DNA from: Candidatus Eiseniibacteriota bacterium
GTDB lineage: Bacteria > Eisenbacteria > RBG-16-71-46 > CAIMUX01 > VGJL01
Direction: 5' to 3'
Length of the DNA: 64,000 bases
Assembly: GCA_041946735.1 (NCBI GenBank)
Contig: JBHGAY010000004.1
Span: forward strand, 5,425-69,424
In this document: positions 50,101 to 57,379 of the stretch, in pieces
How positions within the stretch are numbered: the stretch's first letter is position 1
Layout: each line of letters opens with the position of its first letter
Notes under the pieces: generated by a model
Database searches by the model: none
Seen by the model: only the letters and a program-made list of their open reading frames with translations
What the model was told of the DNA's origin: nothing
Made by a program: the position numbers and the translations under genes

Positions 50101-50233
50101 CCACCGCGACGTCGCTTCTCGGGAACTGCCGCACGCTCAGCGAGCGGATCGACTGGATTCCCGCGATCAGGATGATCAGGTTGACGACGATCGCGAGAAC
50201 CGGCCGCCGGATGAAAAGGTCGGTGAACTTCAT
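47129..50233 (-). CDS. RND efflux pump inner-membrane transporter (AcrB/HAE1 family)
   Basis: ATG 50233 overlaps the MFP stop (ATGA). MKFTDLFIRRPVLAIVVNLIILIAGIQSIRSLSVRQFP is the canonical AcrB start. It is 1034 aa with 12 TM helices and two large periplasmic loops. Confidence 0.9.
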   Translation of the reverse strand: MKFTDLFIRRPVLAIVVNLIILIAGIQSIRSLSVRQFPRSDVAVVRVTTAYIGANADLVRGFITSPLERVIASADGIDYLESSSAQGLSTITVHLRLNYDTNAALTQIQSKVAQVRNDLPPEAEAPVIELETADNQFAAMYLGFASDDLDQNQITDYLTRVVQPKLSAIEGVQRADILGDRTFAMRIWLKPEKMAALGISPSQVRDALARNNYLSALGRTKGTMVSVNMVANTDLQTPEEFRQLIVKQEDGAVVRLGDIADVALGAEDYEQEVRFNGQKATFMGLWVLPTANSLDVIKRVRDAMPEIQKQLPVGMKAGIPYDSTVYIENAIDEVLKTLTETLLIVVVIIFLFLGSVRGLIIPAIAIPISLVGSVFLMAVAGFTINLLTLLAIVLSVGLVVDDAIVMVENIERHLRSGKRPFKAAIDAARELVGPIIAMTITLAAVYTPVAIQGGLTGSLFREFAFALSGAVLVSGVVALTLSPMMGSKLLRRGQEERGFAGMINRHFDAVRDWYRRALSGTLAYRQVVLVLWGIVVLLMIPFYMFSQKELAPAEDQSVVFGIVQASPNATIDQTTMFTKKVYDVYKSFPETENTFQITFPTGGFGGMVTKPWSDRNKSTAQLQMESSAALSQIPGIRVIPIVPPSLPGGGDFPVDFVIASTAEPEQLLEFAGQLVQKAYQSGLFMFADADLKFDQPQAEVVFNRDKVRSQGVDMSQAGQDLSTLLGGDYVNRFSIQGRSYKVIPQVKRSERLTPEQLEEIYVSGPKGALVPLSTFATLKTTTEPRELKRFQQLNAVRIQGVVPPQVSLDKALTFLEEEAKQILPPGFTIDYAGESRQLRTEGGRFLAVFLLSAILIYLVLAAQFESFRDPFVILAGSVPLALSGALLFTFLGFTTLNIYSQVGLITLVGLIAKNGILIVQFANHLQETGLGKLDAVIEAAGTRLRPILMTTAATVFGHLPLVFAHGPGAGARNSIGITLVSGMIIGTAFTLFVVPAIYVLVARVRVPVTERPEAIETVDEGLQGAGVPELAEAL

Positions 50234-51357
50234 CAGCTGTCCTCCGGCCGCGGCGCGGGGCTGTTCGAAGGTTGCACGTTGTTGTTGACGAGGACCGCCG
50301 CGCCGTTACGGAGCTTGAACGCTCCGGAGGTCACGACTTCCTCACCCGGGTTCACGCCGGAGAGAACCGCCACCTGGTCGCCTCGAGAGCCGCCCAGCTT
50401 GACGAACTGCTGGCGGACGCCGCGGTAGGTCCGTCCCTCGGGACTCTTCACATCCTCGACGATGAAGACCGAGTTGCCATACGGGGCATAGCTGACCGCC
50501 GAAGCCGGAAGCGTCACGAGGGTGCTGCCCGGACCAAGCGTCACCTGAACCTCGACGAACATTCCGGGCCGCAGCACGCCGGCCGGATTCTGCAGAATCG
50601 CCTGCACCTTCACGTTTCGGGTCGCCTCGTCGATGATCGAGTTGATCGCGCTGATCGTCCCCTTCATCGCCGACTCGATCCCCTCGGAGGAGACTTCCAC
50701 CTCGCCGCCCAGATGCAGCTGTCCGACGTCCTGCTGGGGGACGGCGAAGTTGACGTAGATCGGATCGAGGGACTGCAGTGGGACGATCGCGTCGCCGCCG
50801 CTCACGTACTGGCCCACGTCGACCTGGCGGATTCCGAGCGTGCCGGAGAACGGAGCGCGGATCGTCTTGCGATCGATCATCGCCTGGATCTCCCCGACTC
50901 GCGCTTCCGCCTGCTTCCGCTCCGCGTCGGCTCGATCGAATTCCGCCTGGGACGTGACCCCCTTCTCGCGAAGCTCGCGGAACCGAGCGAAGTTCTGGTC
51001 GACCAACTCCCGTTGCGCCTGCGCGGCTGCCAGCTGCGCCCGCTCCTGCCGCGTGTCGAGCGACACGAGGAGATCGCCGGCCTTCACCGACGCGCCCGAC
51101 TGGAAGTGGATCTTCTCGACGATTCCCGGCATGTCGGCGCTGACCGTGACGCCATGCACCGCCTCGACGCTCCCGATCGAGCCGAGCGTCGAAGGCCATA
51201 CTTCCTGATTCGCCATGATCGTCGTCACCGCCTCGGGGGGCGGCTGCCACGCCATGCCTTGCGCGATCGCCGTTTGGATCTGCTTGTACTTCACGAATCC
51301 GATGGCCCCGAGAAAGAAGGCCACCGCAACCAGCATGAGGATCATTCGCTTTTTCAT
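50233..51357 (-). CDS. RND efflux membrane fusion protein (AcrA/HlyD family)
   Basis: ATG 51357. An N-terminal anchor, a coiled-coil hairpin (ERAQLAAAQAQRELVDQNFARFRELREKGVTSQAEFDRADAERKQAEARV), then lipoyl and beta-barrel domains. Confidence 0.85.
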   Translation of the reverse strand: MKKRMILMLVAVAFFLGAIGFVKYKQIQTAIAQGMAWQPPPEAVTTIMANQEVWPSTLGSIGSVEAVHGVTVSADMPGIVEKIHFQSGASVKAGDLLVSLDTRQERAQLAAAQAQRELVDQNFARFRELREKGVTSQAEFDRADAERKQAEARVGEIQAMIDRKTIRAPFSGTLGIRQVDVGQYVSGGDAIVPLQSLDPIYVNFAVPQQDVGQLHLGGEVEVSSEGIESAMKGTISAINSIIDEATRNVKVQAILQNPAGVLRPGMFVEVQVTLGPGSTLVTLPASAVSYAPYGNSVFIVEDVKSPEGRTYRGVRQQFVKLGGSRGDQVAVLSGVNPGEEVVTSGAFKLRNGAAVLVNNNVQPSNSPAPRPEDS

Positions 51358-51610
51358 GGACGGACACTCCCTCTTCGGTTCGGATCAGGCTCGACTCGTG
51401 TGCGAGTTCGTTCGGACTCGGGTTGGACTCGGTGCTCGGACTCGGTTCGGCTGGACTCGGGCTGGACACGGCGGGCGGACTCGGTCCAACCGGACTCGGT
51501 TCCCTCGACCTTCCGCCGTTCACGGCTCGCTCGGACTGCTCGGACTTCTGGGCCCCATTCGCCTGGCCGCAGGCGCGGCACAGCTCGGACCCCTCCGACT
51601 CCTGTCGCTC

Positions 51611-53185
51611 TCATTCGATCTCCCTCCCGTCGATGTCCCGCTCGTCCAGCAGGGAGCCGGTGGCGCGCGCGATCTCGGTGCGCGCGTTCCGATAGGCCGT
51701 CAGGGCTGAGATCTCCTCGAGTCGCGCCCGCGAGAGATCGTTCTGCCGTGTGAGGACGAGGAAGTTCGTCGAGAGCCCGACCGCGTAGCGGTCCTGCTCC
51801 GCGGAGAGCTGCACCTCGGCGGCCTCCCGACCCGAGCGCGCGGCCTCGATCCTCTGCCTCGCCGTCTCCAGCGCGGCCGCAGCGTCGAGCACTTCCGCAC
51901 GGATCGACTTGCGCATTCGCGAGACATCCGCCTGCGCCTGGTCCAGGGCGCTCCTCGCTGACGACGCCGCGGCTCGCGCCGACCGATTCGAGATCGGGAC
52001 CTCGAGGACCAGACCGACCTTCACCGCGTCGTAGTCGCTGTCCCCCAGGCTCTGGAACGCGTCGCCGAGACCGCCCGACCAGCGATCGGGAAGATCCCCT
52101 CCGTCATCCAGAGGATTGCGGGATCCGGCCAAGCCGTAGCGGTCGTACGATAGGACCGCGTCAAGGGACGGATAGACCGAGTTGCGAGCGAGGGACGTCT
52201 CCGCTCGCCGGCGTTCGATCGCGGCCGCTCCGGCGCGCAGCTCGGGACGCCGATCGAGGGCCTGGTCCATCAAGGCGGCGACGTCCACGGGCGACGGGTC
52301 GACAGTCGGCTCGTCCGCGGGAATCAGCCTGTCGGCCCAAAGCGGATCCTCATCCGAGAGGATCTGCACCTTCAGCGCGTTCTCGGCTCTCGAGAGGTTC
52401 TCGCGGGCGGCAAGCAGGTCCCCTGTCCTTCGCTGGAGCTCCGCGCGAGGCTGGGCGGTCTCGGTTTCCGGCGCTGCGCCGGTCTTCACACGACTCTCGG
52501 TCTCCTCGAGCTGCTCTTGAGCGAGGCGAACGCTCTCCTCGAGCACATCGACCGCCTGGCGCGCGGCGATCAGCGACCAGTATCCCTGCTCGACCGATGC
52601 GATGGTCTCCGTGACCGTGCTGCGAAGGGCGGCCTCGGCGCCGCTTCGTTGCGAGCGGGCGACGCGGACATTGGCGCGGGCCGGGTCGATCGCGAATCCG
52701 CGCAGAAGCGGCTGCCGCAGCTCGACGCCGATCTGCGTCGAGTTGGCCGGAGTCAGCAGGGCGAGACTGCCGCTGGTCGTCTCGTGCGCCGCCCGTCCGG
52801 CGATGGAAAGCGACGCGCCGGTCGGAAGCAGCTGCCGGATCGAGAGCGTTCCTTCACTTGCCTTGTAGGTCGGCGCCGATCCGAGCGGCACTCCCGAGAA
52901 GGACGAGTTCAACGGCTCCCGGGAGCGCTGCCATCCGCCGCTGATCTGGAGCAGCGGATCGTACGCGCCTCGCGCACCCGTGAGGCCCGCCTTCGCGGCC
53001 GAGAACGACTCGCGATCGATCGCGATCTGCTCGTTGTGGGACAGAGCCAGTTCGATCGCCTCGTCGAGCGTGAGCGCGTGCTCTGCCGCCCGCGCGGCAC
53101 GGGGCGCCGCGAGCGATGCGGCGCCGGCGATCAGAATCGGCAAGAACGCGGCCCGCGCGGCCCGGGAAATCGTTTGCGGGTGCAT
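51611..53185 (-). CDS. Outer-membrane efflux factor (TolC-like OEP)
   Basis: ATG 53185 with GGGAGGAG RBS. Signal peptide MHPQTISRAARAAFLPILIAGAASLAAPRAARAAEHALTLDEAIELALSHNEQIA is a typical OEP start. The duplicated alpha-helical/beta-barrel repeat structure follows. Confidence 0.8.
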   Translation of the reverse strand: MHPQTISRAARAAFLPILIAGAASLAAPRAARAAEHALTLDEAIELALSHNEQIAIDRESFSAAKAGLTGARGAYDPLLQISGGWQRSREPLNSSFSGVPLGSAPTYKASEGTLSIRQLLPTGASLSIAGRAAHETTSGSLALLTPANSTQIGVELRQPLLRGFAIDPARANVRVARSQRSGAEAALRSTVTETIASVEQGYWSLIAARQAVDVLEESVRLAQEQLEETESRVKTGAAPETETAQPRAELQRRTGDLLAARENLSRAENALKVQILSDEDPLWADRLIPADEPTVDPSPVDVAALMDQALDRRPELRAGAAAIERRRAETSLARNSVYPSLDAVLSYDRYGLAGSRNPLDDGGDLPDRWSGGLGDAFQSLGDSDYDAVKVGLVLEVPISNRSARAAASSARSALDQAQADVSRMRKSIRAEVLDAAAALETARQRIEAARSGREAAEVQLSAEQDRYAVGLSTNFLVLTRQNDLSRARLEEISALTAYRNARTEIARATGSLLDERDIDGREIE

Positions 53186-53418
53186 CACACTCCTCCCTGG
53201 AGGTCGGTTTTCTGTAGCCGTGGATCGAGAGCCTCGGCGAATCTCGCGAGACGACGGGAGTCGATCGACTGCAGCGCGTGCAGCTCGCAAGGAGTCAGTT
53301 GGAATCCCCGCTCCACCAGCTCCTGGAGCGCTGCGCCCGGATCCTTCGAAAAGCGGCGCCGGAACGCCTCGTCGGTCGCCAACCATCCAATGACCCGCTC
53401 CACCGTCGAATGACTCAT
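53185..53418 (-). CDS. Small helical hypothetical protein, Nif11/NHLP-leader-like
   Basis: ATG 53418 with GAGGGAGAG RBS. Its stop overlaps the OEP start by 1 nt. MSHSTVERVIGWLATDEAFRRRFSKDPGAALQELVERGFQLTPCELHALQSID... The coding status is uncertain in this GC-rich DNA. Confidence 0.4.
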   Translation of the reverse strand: MSHSTVERVIGWLATDEAFRRRFSKDPGAALQELVERGFQLTPCELHALQSIDSRRLARFAEALDPRLQKTDLQGGV

Positions 53419-53826
53419 GAGTCTTTCTCTCCCTCGGCGGGCCACTACACCAGGACCGTGCCAGGGGCGAGCGCCGGGCTTCGCGCGCGCGCTTCCGCGC
53501 CGCGGGACGCGGTTTGCGAGGGCCGGGGACGATGAAGGCCGTGCGCGCGGACATACGGGGAGCGGGAAGCGGGTTCGACCACCTGCGGAGATATCGACAA
53601 GTTGTCGGAAGATCCGCGCGGATGCGGAGACAGCCTGGAGACTGAGAGAGACGGAGATGGATTAGGGATAAAGGGAAGGAGAAGGAGATCCAGACGGAAG
53701 CCGAAGCGCCGGAGAAGCGTCCGGTCGCTTCCCCGGACGTCCGGACCGTATCACGGCATCGGCGCGGGTGTCAGCGCATCGGGGCGCAAGTCGCCGGCGC
53801 CCAGTACGCGCCGACCCCCGCTCTTC

Positions 53827-53866
53827 TTCTAGGTAAGGCCGTGCTCCTTCTAGGTAAGGCCGTGCT
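53827..53866. repeat. Perfect 19-bp tandem duplication (period 21) spanning the stop codon of the sigma-54 activator
   Basis: TTCTAGGTAAGGCCGTGCT occurs at 53827-53845 and again at 53848-53866. The second copy encodes the last codons plus the stop of the minus-strand gene. Confidence 0.8.
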
Positions 53867-55976
53867 TCTCGAGGCGCGTGTAGAGTTGCGCGCGGGAGAG
53901 TCCGAGAAGACGGGCCGCCTTCGACTTGTTCCCCTTCGCCTGATGGAGAGCCGCTTCGACGTACCGGCGCTCGACCGAGTCGAGATCGACACCGGCGGGC
54001 GGGATCAGCCCACCCGCGCCGGGCAGTCCCGCAGCGCCGTTGGGCGACGCGACTGCCGGCCTAGCCATCGCCGCCGGCAGGTGCTCACGGGTGATCAGCC
54101 CGCCGTCACAGAGCAGGATCGCTCGCTCGATGGCGTTGCGAAGCTCGCGGACGTTCCCCGGCCAGGTATGGGAGAGCAGCCAGTCGCGCGCGTCGCGCGA
54201 GATCCCCGCTGCGGGGCGTCCCATCGTCCGACCGAGGTCCTCGAGGAACGCCTCCGCCATCGGAAGCACGTCTTCCGGCCGCTCGCGCAGCGGCGGGATG
54301 TGGATCTGAAACACGTTCAATCGATAGTAGAGGTCCTCTCGGAACTCCTGGCGGGCGATGGCGGAGTCGAGGTCCCGGTTGGTCGCCGCGATGACCCGGA
54401 CGTCCGCGCGGTAGGTGCGCGATCCTCCGAGCCGCTGGAACTCCCGCTCCTGGAGAACGCGCAGGAACTTCGCCTGCACTACGGGGCTCATCTCACCGAT
54501 TTCGTCGAGGAACAGAGTCCCGCCCGCGGCTTGCTCGAGGCGGCCGATCTTCGTTGCGATCGCCCCCGTGAAAGCTCCCTTCTCGTGTCCGAACAGCTCG
54601 GATTCCAGGAGGTGCTCGGGCAGCGCCGCGCAGTTGATCGCGACGAACGGCTTCCCGGCGCGCGGCGAGCCGCGGTGGATCAGATGGGCGAGCACCTCCT
54701 TGCCGGTGCCCGACTCGCCAGTGATCATCACCGTCGTTTCCGACGGGGCTACGCGCCCGACCTGCAGCACCGCGTCGCGCCACGACCGCGAGATGCCTAC
54801 GATCCGTCCGCGGCCGCGAGACTCCATTTCGCGGGTGAGCGTCTCGACGGTCGCTGCGAGGCGCTCCGCGCGCTCGCGCGCCTCCGCCGCGATGCGCGCC
54901 TCCTCGGCAAGACGCTGGTGAGAGAACATGAGCGCGATACGGTCGGCGATCCGAATCGCCACCTCCGCATCCTCGCGCCCGAAGCGGGAAGGTTCCGCGT
55001 GGAAGAACCCGAGACTTCCGCGAACCTCGTCCGACATGCGGACGGGCACTCTCAGCCAGGATCGCATTCCCGAGGAGAGAATCAGGCGCTGGCGCTCGGT
55101 CGTCGGCGGCATCTCGACCTGAATGTCCTGCACGATCTCGAAATCGCGCGAGCGGCGCTCCATCTCCTCATCGGTCAAAGAGACGGGATCTTGGGGAACA
55201 GGGCGATCGACGCAACCGGCGAGCGCGATGATGCGAATCGACCGGGCCCGCAGATCCAGCTCCGTCAACACCATGATCGAGTGCTCGAGAACCGGCTGAA
55301 TCCCCTCGGAAAGGCGCTCGAACACCTCTCGGATGTCGAGCGATTCCGCGAGCGTGCCCATCAGCTCCTCGACCCGGTTGAGCCGTTCCTGCCGGCGGCG
55401 GTCGGCGTCCCAGATCCGCCAGTGCTCCACGGCGGAGCCGAGTATCGCGGCGATCGGGCGGAGAAGCCGCTGGTGCTCCTCCGTGAACGCGCTCGGGGCC
55501 GTCGAGCTGAGCCAGACGCCGCCTGCGAAAGGCTCGCCGTAGTGGAACGGCTCCCACAGCGCCGATCGGACTCCGCCCTGGAGGATTCCCGCGTCGCCGG
55601 GGAAGGAAGGGTCGAGCTCGCTCTGCGCATCATCGATGCGCCGGATCGGTCCGGGGCGCGGTCGCATCCGCGGGGACCAGTCGGTCAGCGGGAACGGCGC
55701 CGAGCACGGCGATTCGGCGCAGCCGAGCGTCGTGGCGTGCGCGACCGCCCACTGTCCTTCGAGGACGCGGATCACACCCATGTGCTCGAGCGGAATCAGC
55801 TCACGGACGGAGGTGGCCACGTGATGGAAGACGTCCTGGAGCTCGAGGGTCTGAGACGCCGTGACGGCGATGTCGGTCATGACGCGGGCGAACGCGGGCG
55901 GATCGACCAGGCGGTCGAGGAGATCGATAGCGCCGTGACGCTCCACGGTCTTCTGGTTCGGTGTTCGGGGGATCAT
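53850..55976 (-). CDS. Sigma-54-dependent transcriptional activator with N-terminal GAF domains (GAF-GAF-AAA+-HTH)
   Basis: ATG 55976. Walker A GESGTGKE is present; the [15 protein letters not shown] (GAFTGA) sigma-54 contact motif is present and the C-terminal Fis-type HTH ([24 protein letters not shown]). Confidence 0.85.
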   Translation of the reverse strand: MIPRTPNQKTVERHGAIDLLDRLVDPPAFARVMTDIAVTASQTLELQDVFHHVATSVRELIPLEHMGVIRVLEGQWAVAHATTLGCAESPCSAPFPLTDWSPRMRPRPGPIRRIDDAQSELDPSFPGDAGILQGGVRSALWEPFHYGEPFAGGVWLSSTAPSAFTEEHQRLLRPIAAILGSAVEHWRIWDADRRRQERLNRVEELMGTLAESLDIREVFERLSEGIQPVLEHSIMVLTELDLRARSIRIIALAGCVDRPVPQDPVSLTDEEMERRSRDFEIVQDIQVEMPPTTERQRLILSSGMRSWLRVPVRMSDEVRGSLGFFHAEPSRFGREDAEVAIRIADRIALMFSHQRLAEEARIAAEARERAERLAATVETLTREMESRGRGRIVGISRSWRDAVLQVGRVAPSETTVMITGESGTGKEVLAHLIHRGSPRAGKPFVAINCAALPEHLLESELFGHEKGAFTGAIATKIGRLEQAAGGTLFLDEIGEMSPVVQAKFLRVLQEREFQRLGGSRTYRADVRVIAATNRDLDSAIARQEFREDLYYRLNVFQIHIPPLRERPEDVLPMAEAFLEDLGRTMGRPAAGISRDARDWLLSHTWPGNVRELRNAIERAILLCDGGLITREHLPAAMARPAVASPNGAAGLPGAGGLIPPAGVDLDSVERRYVEAALHQAKGNKSKAARLLGLSRAQLYTRLEKHGLT

Positions 55977-56347
55977 GAGGGGAAAGGTAGCAAAGTCGGG
56001 TAGCGAGGCGGCCAGAGGGAAGTGGCATGCGCGTTACTTCACAAGCGGCGAGGCCGCTCTGGCGCGCCGCCTGGTGCGAAAGTGTTTTCGGTCGAGCTCG
56101 CCGGCCGGATCCTCAGGGTCCCCGGAGCACACAGCAGAGAATGGGGGCGAGCGAGCACGGCCCCGGGGCGGGGGTCGCCGTTCCTTCCCGGAGAACGATC
56201 CCTCGGGAATCGACTGTGACCCGTGTGATTCCGATCCGGGCGCATCGTCTCCGGTATGGGCAGATCCGCGCCCTGCGTACCCCGGGACGCGACGACCGGA
56301 GGGGTGTCTGTACGCTGCGCCCGGAGCCCGCCCGAAGGGAGGAGACG

Positions 56348-57088
56348 GTGAGAGAGATCTTCTTGGCGCTCATGGCAGCCGCCTTGCTCGGAGGTGTCGT
56401 GCTTCCGACATCCGGGGAAACGATTTACCTGTACGCTGACTTCAATGACCAGCCGCTCGACCAGCCGATCGGAACGGGCGGACCGGAGCTGGGCCAACCG
56501 ATCGAGGTGGATCCTTTCATCTCGACTGCCGTGCGAGAGGATCCGATGGGATCTGCGAGCCTCGAGATCCGGGACGCAGATGACTACAGCGCGGGCTCCG
56601 TTTGTTTCGAGCTGCTCGACGGCGCCGAACTTTCCAGCGGCCGCGTCGTGATCGCCGCCGATCTCTGGTTCCAAGCGCTTGCGGACGGCTACAGCTTCTT
56701 CTTCGGTGTCCGGGAGCACGGGGGAAACGCCCAGACCTTCGCATCGCTCAACTTCGTGTATGAAGGATCGATCACGCTCCGCGACAAGCAGGGCCCAGCC
56801 GGAATGATCGGACGCTACGAGATCGGCCGCCGGACCCACCTCGTTCTCGACTATGACCTGGACGCAGGAACGTACAGCGTGATGGTGGACGGCTCAGTTC
56901 TGGTGGCGGACCGGGCACATGGTGTGACCGGCAGGGGGATCGGCCGCCTCCTCATCGGCTGTAACAACGATTCCGACCTCGATGGCGTGTTCAACGTGGA
57001 TCTGATCACCGTGACCGACACCATCCGGGAAGTCGCGGCCGCAACGACGACCTGGGGGAAGGTAAGGGCGAGCTTCGGCAGGCGCTGA
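56348..57088 (+). CDS. Small secreted jelly-roll protein with conserved C-terminal TTWGKVRASFGRR tail (paralogue C)
   Basis: GTG 56348 with GGGAGGAG RBS. Signal peptide (M)REIFLALMAAALLGGVVLPTSG. C-terminus ...VFNVDLITVTDTIREVAAATTTWGKVRASFGRR. It is divergent from the sigma-54 activator. Confidence 0.65.
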   Translation: MREIFLALMAAALLGGVVLPTSGETIYLYADFNDQPLDQPIGTGGPELGQPIEVDPFISTAVREDPMGSASLEIRDADDYSAGSVCFELLDGAELSSGRVVIAADLWFQALADGYSFFFGVREHGGNAQTFASLNFVYEGSITLRDKQGPAGMIGRYEIGRRTHLVLDYDLDAGTYSVMVDGSVLVADRAHGVTGRGIGRLLIGCNNDSDLDGVFNVDLITVTDTIREVAAATTTWGKVRASFGRR

Positions 57089-57379
57089 TCGAGTGCCGTC
57101 GGGTCTGAAAGTCGGCGAACGAACATCTCCTCCCCGGAGCCAAACACGCCGCCGCCACGAACATTCGAGGAAGCTGGCGCGTGCTCGCCGTCATTGCGGC
57201 CGGGTTCGGCTGCTTCTCGATCGAAGCAACCGCTGAATTAGCCGTTGAAGTAGCCGTCCCCGGCCGCTATCCTCTCCCGTTCGTTTCGACGCTTGCCCCC
57301 GCCCGGCGCGACGGCGGTTCCACGATCGATCCCTTTTCGTCATCCACGATATCTGGCGGCCGCCATGGAGGTTCGTGTC

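Noticed and set aside
46923-51753. ORFs 46923..48401 (-), 47339..48994 (+), 50272..51753 (+), 50342..51523 (-)
   Set aside because: They are shadows of the RND pump and MFP genes.
56022-56038. TGGCAT-N5-TTAC sigma-54-like box between the sigma-54 activator and paralogue C
   Set aside because: It has mismatches in both the -24 and -12 elements and lies about 310 nt upstream of the gene C start. It is too weak to call.
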